Shown here: positions 1 to 12,687 of the stretch, in pieces | How the letters are laid out: every line of letters starts with the position of its first letter | How positions within the stretch are numbered: position 1 is the first letter of the stretch | Assembly: GCA_964549735.1 (NCBI GenBank) | Contig: CAZJWO010000003.1 | Span: 4,829-68,828 of the forward strand | Reading direction: 5' to 3' | Length of the DNA stretch: 64,000 nucleotides | Source of the DNA: an uncultured Fibrobacteraceae bacterium | Lineage (GTDB): Bacteria > Krumholzibacteriota > Krumholzibacteriia > LZORAL124-64-63 | The notes under the pieces: model-generated | The model's input: the letters and a program-made list of their open reading frames with translations, nothing else | What the model was told of the DNA's origin: nothing | The model's database searches: none | Program-made: the position numbers and the translations under genes

Positions 1-1
1 G

Positions 2-169
2 CGGACGACAGCGCCGCGGGTCAGCCGCTCGATGCGCGCGGCGGTGTCAGATCTGCGGCTGCGGGAGCTGACGGTGGTCCACGCCGGCGAGCACTCGTTT
101 CCGCTCGCCGAACGCGTGCGGGCCGTCGCCCTGACGAGGCTCCTGGAGGATATCGAGCCGCTGGGGTGA
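2..169 (+). CDS. 3' end of an unknown protein-coding gene (partial, runs off the left edge); C-terminus ...ELTVVHAGEHSFPLAERVRAVALTRLLEDIEPLG*
   Basis: Open frame from the window edge to TGA at 167-169. Third codon positions are strongly G/C-biased, as expected for coding sequence in this GC-rich genome. The overlapping minus-strand ORF 21..314 is Arg-rich junk. Confidence 0.4.
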   Translation, partial: RTTAPRVSRSMRAAVSDLRLRELTVVHAGEHSFPLAERVRAVALTRLLEDIEPLG

Positions 170-219
170 GGGAGCTGTTAAACGTCTGGTTGCTGGTTCG
201 AGTCCAACCAGGGGAGCCA
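170..219 (+). other. tRNA-like 3' fragment (T-arm GGTTCGAGTCC followed by ...CCA); no complete cloverleaf can be folded
   Basis: The canonical T-loop GG-TTCGAGT-CC is present with a 4/5-bp T-stem. Seven nucleotides plus G-CCA follow. No 5' acceptor strand complementary to this exists upstream, because the CDS ends at 169. Possible att scar. Confidence 0.35.
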
Positions 220-511
220 AATCTTTTTGCGCGGAATTCGACAGGCATATCGGTTAGCGGTGCGGCCCGGCGGCGAGAGCTTCCGGGCTTTTCGTATATG
301 CGCAGTATTGGCAACGGGTTGGGCGGATTTTGCTGGGTCGGCGGGATTCTCTAGTTTTGGAGGGAGAGTACGGGGGTCGATGGGAACCGTTAGGGGTCAC
401 GATCGGACCCCGTTGGGTGGTCGGAAAACTCTCGGTTTCTCTGTTTTACGACCCTCTCCGTTTTAGCGGTGGGGAGATGGTTGGGGCCCGATCGTAATAG
501 TCGTCACGTCG
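211..511 (+). repeat. Repeat element copy R1 (~300 bp; starts GGGGAGCCA, ends ...CTGTTTTACGACCCTCTCCGTTTTAGCGG...GTCGTAATAGTCGTCA); ~75% identical to copies at 60423 and 60734
   Basis: Alignable by eye with 60423..60733 over ~260 bp. Shared blocks include GGAATTCGAC, GCCCGG...CCGGGCTTTTCGT, GGATTCTCT, GGGGGTCG and GGACCCC. Predicted hairpins are conserved with G-U/compensatory changes. Confidence 0.75.
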
Positions 512-530
512 GTTCAAAGGCCGGCGTCGG

Positions 531-935
531 TCAGAGCGACTCGAGCACCCGCTTCAACTTCTCCCGAATCTCGCCCGCAATCTGAACGAGAGCGGGGTTG
601 TCGATCGCCTGCATCGACGAGACCGGGTCGATCGCCGAAACCTCTACCTCCGTTTCGGACAATTCCCGGAGGATGACGTTGCATGGGAGCATCGTCCCGA
701 CCCGAGGTTCGCTCTGCAGGGCCTTGTGCGCGAATGGCGGGTTGCAGGCACCAAGGATCCGGTACGGCGGGAAATCGACATCGAGCTTTTTCTTCAGGGT
801 CCCTCGTACGTCGATCTCGGTGAGAACCCCGAATCCTTCCTTGGCCAGCGCGTCTCGCGTGAGAGCCTCCGCGTCGTCGATCGACATCTTCAACTGTCGG
901 CTGATGTAGTAGCTCATCGAATCATTCCTCTCCAC
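531..935 (-). CDS. DUF302 domain protein
   Basis: 134-aa ORF. The translation (MSYYISRQL...DVRGTLKKKLDVDFPPYRILGACNP...) matches the DUF302 family. It sits in a metal-resistance gene neighbourhood. Confidence 0.75.
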   Translation of the reverse strand: MERNDSMSYYISRQLKMSIDDAEALTRDALAKEGFGVLTEIDVRGTLKKKLDVDFPPYRILGACNPPFAHKALQSEPRVGTMLPCNVILRELSETEVEVSAIDPVSSMQAIDNPALVQIAGEIREKLKRVLESL

Positions 936-953
936 TCGGAAAAAGTCCGGTCG

Positions 954-1502
954 CTAATGGTGGTGGGCATGTTCTCCATGACCGGTTTCGCCCGCCATTT
1001 CACGGTACTGGTCCGGAGTCATGGAGGGTAGGCATTTGACGAATGCCGTGAGGTTCCAAAGCGTCTCGTCGTCATGTGTCGGCCCTAAAGCGGGCATTCC
1101 GGTCATCTTGATCCCATTCTTGATTATCCAGAAGACCTCTCGGGCAGAATGGTCAGAATCCATCTCGGCGAGGTTGGGCGCCGGTGGGTTCAGCCCTAAG
1201 CCAATCTCGCTCCTCTCTAATCCCGGAGCTCCGTGACAAGCCACGCACATCGCCTGGTAGTGCTGGAAGCCCTCGTCGAGATTGGGATCGCTGAAGGACG
1301 GGCTCAATTCAATGTCCGATGCATGACGCCGCACAGAGTTGTCCATCATCGTGGAGAGGATGGACTCGGTCATGGCGTGATGCGGTTTGGTCGCGGCTAC
1401 GTTGTAAGCACCAGATCTTATGGTCACGAGGCCGACGACGGCTGCGATGCCGGCGACGACGACAAGCGTCACCACGACCGGCTTGATTGTTCCGGATTTC
1501 AT
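954..1502 (-). CDS. Membrane-anchored class I c-type cytochrome (CxxCH)
   Basis: N-terminal TM helix (IKPVVVTLVVVAGIAAVVGLV). Single CVACHG haem-binding motif. Confidence 0.7.
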   Translation of the reverse strand: MKSGTIKPVVVTLVVVAGIAAVVGLVTIRSGAYNVAATKPHHAMTESILSTMMDNSVRRHASDIELSPSFSDPNLDEGFQHYQAMCVACHGAPGLERSEIGLGLNPPAPNLAEMDSDHSAREVFWIIKNGIKMTGMPALGPTHDDETLWNLTAFVKCLPSMTPDQYREMAGETGHGEHAHHH

Positions 1503-1540
1503 CTATGGACTCCTTCTTTGCCGTAGCGGGCAACGGTAGG

Positions 1541-3937
<2,397 letters not shown>

Positions 3938-3979
3938 ATCGTGATCTTCCTTCCGGGCAATTGACGAAACCGTGCCGGG

Positions 3980-4738
3980 TCACAGTCGCAAACTGACGAT
4001 CATCGAAAAGCCCCGATCCGGACTGGATGCCGTCGTGCCCTGGGTGTAGAGCGCCAGAACTCCTGTGCGGTTTCCGAGCCTGGCACCCAAACCTGCGGAC
4101 CACTCACCGAACCCCGGGACCCCTTCGACGACCGATCCGCCACGGGCATATGATGCAACAGGATAGAAAGGAACCCCTCGGGGGCGCCAACTCGCTGAGG
4201 CCGCGACGGAGATGCGGCTATTGTATGAGACGCCGACCGGATCTCCCGGACTGAGATAGCCCAGCTCGAGGAAGAGCAGAAAATCACGGACAAGATTGGT
4301 CGTCAGAAAACTGAAACCCCAATCGAACTCACCGCTGCTCAGAGGCGAAGGCTCGTCCGCAAGCGGAATGGTGCCCTTGACCTGTGCCCACCCCCGGCTG
4401 GCAGCCTTCGGGCCGTAGGACGTCCAAAGGCTGCGCCCCAGAGTGAGGTCTATAGTGCCGGCCCCGGACTCGGTGGGCAGACCGGAGCCGGCACCCGGGT
4501 CCCATCGCCACCAACTCACGGCTCCGCGAACGCGCCATCGCGTTCCGGTCTTTCCGACGGCCGTGTAGGAGACCGTGGTTTCGTTCTCGCTGTCATAGCG
4601 ATACAAACTCAGCGTCTGGGAAGCTATGACGGCAGCGGGAACGTCGGACGGAATCATCCCTACTGCCGTGATCAGAAGGCCAACGGTCCATGCGAGCGCC
4701 TTCGGCACGCCGTTGCTACTGACTCCAGTTGACCTCAA
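3980..4738 (-). CDS. Putative outer-membrane beta-barrel protein (CopB-like or transporter-like), signal peptide present
   Basis: N-terminal signal/TM segment. Alternating hydrophobic beta-strand pattern with aromatic residues. C-terminal ...SLRL. It sits between copA and the Met-rich protein. Confidence 0.45.
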   Translation of the reverse strand: MRSTGVSSNGVPKALAWTVGLLITAVGMIPSDVPAAVIASQTLSLYRYDSENETTVSYTAVGKTGTRWRVRGAVSWWRWDPGAGSGLPTESGAGTIDLTLGRSLWTSYGPKAASRGWAQVKGTIPLADEPSPLSSGEFDWGFSFLTTNLVRDFLLFLELGYLSPGDPVGVSYNSRISVAASASWRPRGVPFYPVASYARGGSVVEGVPGFGEWSAGLGARLGNRTGVLALYTQGTTASSPDRGFSMIVSLRL

Positions 4739-5259
4739 TGATTGTGCCCTTCGTGTTCGCTGCCAGTGGACTGGCCGGTCTCGCCACGCATGGCATGCAT
4801 CGCCGTCATCAGGTTCCGGCAGGACTCGACCATCTGGTCCATGTTGGTCATGACGTCCTGCATCTCCGCATGGTGATCGCCGATGGAGGAATCACCACTT
4901 CCCAGATACTCGTGCATGCTCTTCATCATCGACTCCATGTGGGGCATCAGGTTTTCCATTCCGCCTTCCATGTCCTCCATCCAGGAGGCCATGGGACCTA
5001 CGCCCATCTGGCCTGCGTGGCCATGACTCTCCATGCCCACTTGGTCATGGAACTCGCGCATCTGCTGCATCATCTGGGACATGTGGTCCATCATGGTGTC
5101 CATGTGCTCCATCATGCCCGCGTGGTCCTCCATCATGTGCCCGCCGTGCATGTCGCCCTGGCTTCCGCCGTGATCGCCCATTCCGCCGTGCTGGGCCAGA
5201 GCAGGACCCGCGATGAGAGCCGCGGTGGCGATCATCGTACCCAACGTCTTCTTGTTCAT
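4735..5259 (-). CDS. Periplasmic Met/His-rich metal-binding protein (Cu/Ag sponge, PcoE/SilE-like composition)
   Basis: Signal peptide MNKKTLGTMIATAALIAGPALA. The mature part is extremely Met/His/Asp/Glu-rich (HGGMGDHGG, MMEDHAGMMEHMDTMMDHMSQMM, EHEGHNH). Confidence 0.7.
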   Translation of the reverse strand: MNKKTLGTMIATAALIAGPALAQHGGMGDHGGSQGDMHGGHMMEDHAGMMEHMDTMMDHMSQMMQQMREFHDQVGMESHGHAGQMGVGPMASWMEDMEGGMENLMPHMESMMKSMHEYLGSGDSSIGDHHAEMQDVMTNMDQMVESCRNLMTAMHAMRGETGQSTGSEHEGHNH

Positions 5260-5284
5260 GACAGACTCCTCGGGTTGGTTGTTT

Positions 5285-5773
5285 CTAGTGCTTCGTTTCT
5301 GCCTGCGGCACGAATTGGCCGCAGCGCAACATCTTTGACCCGTAGTACGGATTGGAGATCTCGTCGCCCGTCTGGAGCCAGTGCTTCTTGGCCATCGAGC
5401 AGTAGGCGACCTTGACGTTTCCCTCGGGGATCAGATCGTAGGAATCGACGAGGATCTCGCTGAGATCTCCGAACGCGAGGCGGGCTCCCTGAAGGTCCTT
5501 GGCACCTGCAAGAGTCCCTGCAGCCGCGGCGAGACCCGCGGTGCGACTCTTGGTCCCGGCGCAACACGCGCCCTTTTGATCATCGCCAGCGCCGGTCAGG
5601 ATTTGCTCTATCGCCATGGCGTGTTCGCCAACTTCCTCCAGCGAATCACCGGCCAGTGCCGCTTGGATCGCCAGGTAGTGTTCCGCAAGTTCTGGTGTTG
5701 CTGCCGATGCCGGTATCGAAACCAGCGATGCGGCGACGACCAGAATCCCCAGTCCCAACAGTTTCTTTTTCAT
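5285..5773 (-). CDS. Periplasmic DUF3347-like protein (copper-resistance associated)
   Basis: Signal peptide MKKKLLGLGILVVAASLVSIPASA. ~140-aa mature domain with CC pair and conserved C/M. Typical neighbour of copA/cus genes. Confidence 0.6.
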   Translation of the reverse strand: MKKKLLGLGILVVAASLVSIPASAATPELAEHYLAIQAALAGDSLEEVGEHAMAIEQILTGAGDDQKGACCAGTKSRTAGLAAAAGTLAGAKDLQGARLAFGDLSEILVDSYDLIPEGNVKVAYCSMAKKHWLQTGDEISNPYYGSKMLRCGQFVPQAETKH

Positions 5774-5890
5774 GGTTGACTCCTTTGCTTCGTAAACTCG
5801 AGTGGTTGTTTGATGAGCCTTAATGCATCATCTGTGCCACGGATAATACATTGTAATTATTGCGCTTACGTGGACGAGGTTTGGGGCGGT

Positions 5891-5934
5891 GGAGAATATT
5901 CTCCAATCCGCGGCCGGGCGGTGTAGAGAATTCT
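5891..5934. promoter_or_regulatory. Two related palindromic sites (GGAGAATATTCTCC 14-bp perfect palindrome; AGAGAATTCT) in the cop-prophage intergenic region
   Basis: Perfect dyad at 5891-5904. A related AGAATTCT dyad is ~22 bp downstream. The region lies upstream of the minus-strand DUF3347 gene start and upstream of the integrase module. Confidence 0.35.
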
Positions 5935-6092
5935 TTATTGGTCAGGTTTGGAGTCGCGCCTGCGGGGCGAGGTCCGACCATAACCGGAAGCCGGATAGGC
6001 GAGACCTGGGAATCGGATCTGATTCTAGAAACCGGCTGGGCTTGATTCGACTGACACTTCGATGGGTCCCCGGGTAGGTAAACACCAGAGGT

Positions 6093-6329
6093 GTGACCGC
6101 TACCCGGAGACGACCGATGCCCCGATCGATTACCGATGAACTGACTCCCACCCAACGCCGCAAGGAGATCGCCGCAATCCTTGGCCGCGGTCTGCACCGC
6201 CTCGACAGTGCACGCGGGAACCAGCCGGCTGCATGCGATTCCTCGCCCGGTTCCACGGGCCAGAAAGCCCTTGATGTGTCCGCGCCCGGCGACCCTCATG
6301 TGTCCCGGTTAGCTGAACCGAGATCATGA
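6093..6329 (+). CDS. Small hypothetical basic protein (possible HTH / excisionase-like)
   Basis: 78-aa ORF immediately upstream of the DUF2924-recombinase pair. Basic, ...TPTQRRKEIAAILGRGLHRL.... Weak support. Confidence 0.25.
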   Translation: MTATRRRPMPRSITDELTPTQRRKEIAAILGRGLHRLDSARGNQPAACDSSPGSTGQKALDVSAPGDPHVSRLAEPRS

Positions 6330-6342
6330 GAGGAGATGCACC

Positions 6343-6832
6343 ATGGCATTGAACATCGGGAAAGAGATCACCGCGCTGAAGCGCATGACCGTGCCAGAAC
6401 TGAGGCGGAAGTACGCCCATGTGTTCGGTGAAGACACGACATCCCGGCACAAGGAGTACTTGATCCGCCGCATCGTCTGGCGTCTCCAGGTGAACCAGGA
6501 CGGCGGCCTGTCCGAACGAGCACGGCTGCGGGCCAGAGAACTGGCCGCTGATTCTGACGTCCGTTTGACCGCCCCGCGTCCTCGCCCGATCGCACCTGGC
6601 GGCGAGATGACCACCGCGCCCATCGAGTTCCCCCAGGACGACCGCCTGCCGATGCCCGGCGCGATCATCACGCGCCAGTACAAGAGCCAGACGGTCGCGG
6701 TGCGGGTCCTGCCGCGGGGATTCGAGTACGAGGGCGAGGTGTACCGGACCTTGAGTGCGGTGGCCAAGAAGGTCACCGGCACCCACTGGAACGGCTTCAA
6801 CTTCTTCAAGTTGGGCCGGGCAGGGGGCACCG

Positions 6833-6843
<11 letters not shown>
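6343..6843 (+). CDS. DUF2924 family protein (typical partner encoded upstream of large serine recombinases)
   Basis: 166 aa. Its stop overlaps the recombinase start (ATGGCCGGTAG). Gene pair arrangement. Confidence 0.65.
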
Positions 6844-8382
<1,539 letters not shown>

Positions 8383-8386
<4 letters not shown>

Positions 8387-8793
8387 CCCGGCCATTAAAG
8401 ATCACCAAGGCTGTCCATTTCCGGAGCATGAGGAAGGGGCGGAAGGAACTCAGAGAAGGTGTGGAGGAATCACCTCCGACGCTCGGCAGCGTGCCGCGCG
8501 TGTCGCGGTTGCTCGCCCTGGCCCTCCACATGGACGAGCTGCGCCGCCGTGGCGAGGTCACCGACTACGCCGAACTGGCCCGCCTGGCCATGGTGACCCG
8601 GGCAAGGATGACCCAGATCATGAGCCTGCTGCTGCTCGCGCCTGATATCCAAGAGGAGATCCTGTTCCTGCCCCGGTCCGACGGCGGCCGCGACCCGATC
8701 CGGGAGAAGGCGGTCCGGCCCATCGCCTCGGTGCCCGACTGGCGGAAGCAGCGGGTCATGTGGCGGGACCTTGTGCTGAATACCGAAATCTGA
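8383..8793 (+). CDS. Small HTH-containing protein coupled to the recombinase (possible regulator or RDF)
   Basis: Start overlaps the recombinase stop. Predicted HTH (DYAELARLAMVTRARMTQIMSLL). Confidence 0.45.
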
Positions 8794-8921
8794 TATTCAT
8801 ACGATTGCTCATATAGCCTGGCAACTCGCCCACCAGGGTACACGGACGCTTCTCGCTGGCGGAAACGTCGGCAGAGCGTCCTATATCTGTTTGTACGCTC
8901 TCAGGCAGGGAAGGAGCCTCG

Positions 8922-10094
8922 ATGCCTCAATTCAATCCCAAGCGAGTCCTTCGACAGACCAGCAACGCTCTGCTGAAGGAGTTTTTTGAACAGCAGAATT
9001 TGCATACACAGATTTCATGGGATCAACTGCGGGAAACCCAGGTTGATGAGGTGTTCCGTGCCCTGCAGGCGATCCCTGACGATCCGCGAGAGAAGATCGA
9101 GGTTGTCCTACAAGACCTGGATGACGTCGCGAATGAAGATGGCGTTCAGGTGATGATCGAGGAAGCCTTGTTCCGAGGCGTGGACATCGCCGACGACCTG
9201 GAGGCAATGGACAGCCGGTTCGACAAGGCGATGTGGGTTCTGCTTCGGTACCCGGATATCTGGAAAGCGGCATCGATGTTCGCCCGTGCTGACGATCTTT
9301 CGTCTGGTCGCTCATGGCGGCGGCGCTGTGATCTGCCGACGGTCAACCCCAACGTAGACGGTGATCACAGGGCGAAACTTGAGAATGCTCTGTCCGCGTT
9401 CTATCGGGAGCGTCAGGGCCGGGGACATCACTGCCACGTCGACCACTTCCTCCGCGGCGGCAAGCAGCACTACTTCTTCGTCTACCTCAGCGACTATGCC
9501 GGTACGCATATCAACTTTGACGACAGCGGTCAATTTCGGCGATCCCCGGAGCGTCGAGCATTCGAGGTGGTCTTCGCCTTTGAGCAGGATTCGGGAACAC
9601 TCGAGATGTTCGCCAAAGGCGGAATCAAGGTTGTGGAACCGCTTCAGCAGATCTTCAGCCGAGTGATTCTCGGCGAGTCGCTGCCCCCAGAAAACCCGAA
9701 GGCGAAGCCCTATAAGCTCGATCACCTGATGAAACGGGGGACGGGGTTTCCGACAGATCCCGAGGACGGCATCAGGGAAGTGTCCATCCGCCGCATGCGG
9801 CTCTCGGTTGTTGGGAATCGCCGCCGCCGGTTGTTGCTTGAGCCCGATGCTGAAGACGGCCCCGATGCAGTCTACGACATGCTCGAGGAGGACCTCAATC
9901 GGCAGATGCTCCCGCGGTCAATTCTCCACGTCACCAAGGTGACGTTCCGGTTCTTGTTCGACGGGCAGGGACGCCGGAAGTCCCTGACATTTGACGTGAC
10001 GTACCCCAACTCATGCAACTTGAAGAGCAAGAGGGAGGAACATCGGTTGCTCGGTGAGAAGTACCTCAAGAGGTTTGGGATCGATGTCACCTGA
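8922..10094 (+). CDS. Unknown protein A (390 aa) of a two-gene low-GC cassette
   Basis: Good-length ORF with an RBS-like GGAAGGAG upstream. GC is ~55% versus ~67% in flanking DNA. No recognisable domain. His/Cys cluster HHCHVDHF. Confidence 0.6.
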   Translation: MPQFNPKRVLRQTSNALLKEFFEQQNLHTQISWDQLRETQVDEVFRALQAIPDDPREKIEVVLQDLDDVANEDGVQVMIEEALFRGVDIADDLEAMDSRFDKAMWVLLRYPDIWKAASMFARADDLSSGRSWRRRCDLPTVNPNVDGDHRAKLENALSAFYRERQGRGHHCHVDHFLRGGKQHYFFVYLSDYAGTHINFDDSGQFRRSPERRAFEVVFAFEQDSGTLEMFAKGGIKVVEPLQQIFSRVILGESLPPENPKAKPYKLDHLMKRGTGFPTDPEDGIREVSIRRMRLSVVGNRRRRLLLEPDAEDGPDAVYDMLEEDLNRQMLPRSILHVTKVTFRFLFDGQGRRKSLTFDVTYPNSCNLKSKREEHRLLGEKYLKRFGIDVT

Positions 10095-11025
10095 TCCACT
10101 CGATCTCATTTGGCGAAGCAGCGACGTTAGGTTGCCGAGGTTTTCCGGCGCGGAGATCGCTTCATGGCAGGCTGGAGTCTTCGAGACGCTGCGCTCTCTC
10201 GGTCTGCTGGTCCCGTGTAAGACCGCCACTCACGCGGTTTGTGGCGCCTGCGATCAAGAGCATGTCGATGAGGTGACCTCGATCGAATACCCAGACGGAG
10301 CCGTTCGCTTCTACATCGTTTGTCCGGAACACGGGCGTGTCGAAATCCAGAAGGAGCAGCTTCTCCAGTGGTCAGTCTGCTTCGATCCGGTTCTTGAATG
10401 CCTCAGAGCCGGGCTTGGTGTGCAGGGAGATCCTGTTGAGGTTGTCCCGTCTCGGCTATGGAATGTAGGACGAACCGCTTTGGCTGGCCGTTCTCGCATC
10501 GTCTGGGTGGGGCGCGGACTGTCCTGGCCTGATGCGGCGTCCTTTGCTGAAGACATGCCATCAGGGGCATCGCCCGTGCTCTTCTATTTGGGACAGCCTC
10601 CCGGTGATGGACTTGTCTCCCTCCCACCGGACTCGGTGGTGGACATCGCCCACGTCATATCCCTGTCGGAGGGCAATCTGATCCTTGATCGTTCTAGCGT
10701 TGGGGATCTGGTCTCCACGCGCCCTTCGCCTCAGAAGAAGAAGCTTTCGAGGAAACGGGCGTCGCGCACGGCCGCCATGGAGGCGCTCAAGAAAGCGATT
10801 CAAGACCATTTGATCAGCGCTCGGGACCATGCCTACCGCCTGATTGAGGACGACAAGACGCCTGAGCTTCTTCCCAGACCGACCCAGCAGCTACTCGCGA
10901 AGCAGCTGGAACTTTCGAGATCGTCTGTAAGCCGTGCTCTTGCTGATGGGAGTGACAAGGAGCTGACGATCCTCTGGGAGATCGCCAATGACCTCGATCA
11001 GGTCATGAAATATAAAGCCCGTTGA
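10084..11025 (+). CDS. Unknown protein B (~313 aa), translationally coupled to A; N-terminal Cys/His zinc-ribbon-like motif, C-terminal HTH-like segment
   Basis: ATGTCACCTGA start/stop overlap with gene A. CKTATHAVCGAC...CPEHG. C-terminal LLAKQLELSRSSVSRALADG. Confidence 0.55.
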   Translation: MSPDPLDLIWRSSDVRLPRFSGAEIASWQAGVFETLRSLGLLVPCKTATHAVCGACDQEHVDEVTSIEYPDGAVRFYIVCPEHGRVEIQKEQLLQWSVCFDPVLECLRAGLGVQGDPVEVVPSRLWNVGRTALAGRSRIVWVGRGLSWPDAASFAEDMPSGASPVLFYLGQPPGDGLVSLPPDSVVDIAHVISLSEGNLILDRSSVGDLVSTRPSPQKKKLSRKRASRTAAMEALKKAIQDHLISARDHAYRLIEDDKTPELLPRPTQQLLAKQLELSRSSVSRALADGSDKELTILWEIANDLDQVMKYKAR

Positions 11026-11201
11026 ATTCACTTGTGCTCGTTATCTGCAACTGCAACCCCGATAAGTGCGCATGTAACCGACTGTGACGTAAAGACATAA
11101 GAATAAATCCATAGAATCCCGCCTATTTGCTGCAACTCCTCCGGAGGGTGAAGGGCCGTGCACGACGCGCAGCCCCATCACCCAACCCGCGAGGAGACAC
11201 A

Positions 11202-11528
11202 ATGCAGCTTGCAGTCAAGTCTCAACTAACTCCCAGCCAGGTCCAACTGGTCGAGCTGATGCAGCGTATCGCGTTCGGCGCAATCGAGGATCTCGTCATC
11301 TGTGACGGAACGCCGGTGTTCGACCCGCACCCCCGTGTAATCCGAGATGTGAAATTCGGCGGTAGCAATGGCCCGCGCCCGGAAGCGGATCTCTCGGATT
11401 TCTCCCTGAAGTCAAGTGTCCAGGAGCTCATGGCCGTTCTCTCCGCCCTCGGCAACGCAACCGTGCGCCGCCTCGAGGTCAAGCACGGCCTGCCCTTCCG
11501 GATGCAGGTGGAGGAGGTCGCTGCCTAA
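11202..11528 (+). CDS. Hypothetical phage early protein
   Basis: ORF starting MQLAVKSQLTPSQVQLVELMQRIAFG.... Preceded by an AT-richer region with CTGCAAC repeats. Confidence 0.4.
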   Translation: MQLAVKSQLTPSQVQLVELMQRIAFGAIEDLVICDGTPVFDPHPRVIRDVKFGGSNGPRPEADLSDFSLKSSVQELMAVLSALGNATVRRLEVKHGLPFRMQVEEVAA

Positions 11529-11713
11529 GACAAGGGGCCGGCCGCCCCAACGCAATCCCTGACTAATCGTCACCAGACATTCAACCGGCCACGAGGTGGA
11601 GGTGCATGTGGGTGTCGCCGTAACGGCGAACCACGTGCGCTTCCACCGCGCCGGTCTATGCGCTGCCTCGTGCGACACCTTCGCGCCTCTCCGCGGCCTC
11701 AGGAGAGGTTCCG

Positions 11714-12337
11714 ATGGAGAACACGAAGCAGCGCATCCTCGACGGATACGCCCGAGACGTCATTCGCCACAAAGCCAGGCAACTGATCGGCAAGTACGGA
11801 TTCACCCGCGACGACTTCGACGACCTGCAGCAGGAGATGATGCTGGACCTGCTGCGCCGCCTCGGCAAGTACGACCCCAGCAAGGCGGGCCTCAGCACCT
11901 TCGTGGCCCGCATCGTCGACCGCAAGGTCTCCACCCTGATCCGCCACCAGCGGCAAGAGAAGCGCGACTACCGTCGGCCGGTCTGCTCGCTGGATGCGCA
12001 GGTCGAGGACCAGGACGGCCAGGCGCGGGGGCTCGACGAGGTCCTCAGCCAGGATGCCTTCGACGATGAGGTCGCACGGCACGATCGGCCACAGGCCGAG
12101 CGCCTGGACCTGAGACTCGATCTCTCGCTGGTGCTCGACGAGTTGCCCGAAGATCTGCGGCAACTCGCCCTCCGCCTGCAGACCCGGACCGTGGCCGAGA
12201 TCGCCCGCGAGTTGGGCGTGCCGCGCAGCACGCTCTACGAGAAGAGCATCGCCCGCCTGCGGAAGATCTTCGAGGACAAGGGGCTGCGCGAATACCTGGG
12301 CGAGGCCCGACACCCCGGCAAGGGACCGGGTAAGTAA
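11714..12337 (+). CDS. Sigma-70 family (ECF-like) RNA polymerase sigma factor, phage-encoded
   Basis: Region-2-like FTRDDFDDLQQEMMLDLLRRLGKYDP...STFVARIVDRKV and a region-4 HTH (TVAEIARELGVPRSTLYEKSIARLRKI). Confidence 0.7.
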   Translation: MENTKQRILDGYARDVIRHKARQLIGKYGFTRDDFDDLQQEMMLDLLRRLGKYDPSKAGLSTFVARIVDRKVSTLIRHQRQEKRDYRRPVCSLDAQVEDQDGQARGLDEVLSQDAFDDEVARHDRPQAERLDLRLDLSLVLDELPEDLRQLALRLQTRTVAEIARELGVPRSTLYEKSIARLRKIFEDKGLREYLGEARHPGKGPGK

Positions 12338-12381
12338 CCACCAGAGGGCCGACGGCCCAGGACCTGAGGAGAGGAATCACG

Positions 12382-12687
12382 ATGAATCGAGAAGTCCACC
12401 GCTACGAGTTCGAGGCCTCGGTGCCCGCGGACGAGATCGAAAGCACGCTGCTTCTGGCCGTGCTCGCGGTCGAGGGTCTGCACGGCACCTCGCGGGTGCG
12501 GCTCGACGCGAAGTACTGCATCGACACCGAAAAGCACGCCTGCGTGATCGACGCCGACACCGTCGTCGGCCAGGACATCAGCCGCATCTTCACGGGCTTC
12601 GCCATCCGCGAGTTCGGCGAGGAGGCCTTCACGGTCGGCCGCGCCGAACGCATGCCCAAGACCGAAACGGAGGACCTGAGCGCATGA
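12382..12687 (+). CDS. Hypothetical protein
   Basis: 101-aa ORF. Its stop overlaps the start of the downstream nuclease gene. Confidence 0.45.
   Translation: MNREVHRYEFEASVPADEIESTLLLAVLAVEGLHGTSRVRLDAKYCIDTEKHACVIDADTVVGQDISRIFTGFAIREFGEEAFTVGRAERMPKTETEDLSA

Noticed and set aside
21-314. Minus-strand 97-aa ORF overlapping the left gene end and repeat
   Set aside because: Arg/Ser/Pro-rich translation. It overlaps a better-supported + strand coding frame and the non-coding repeat.
211-511. Interpretation of the repeat as a tmRNA (ssrA) gene because of the 5' GGGGAGC...GGAATTCGAC similarity to the tmRNA tRNA-like domain and the adjacent T-arm/CCA fragment
   Set aside because: No complementary 3' acceptor strand (GCTCCCC-A-CCA) within 300-400 nt. 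No resume codon or tag reading frame ending in a hydrophobic ...AA* peptide. The region expected to be A-rich is T-rich. A permuted two-piece arrangement does not pair either. Left as an unclassified structured repeat.
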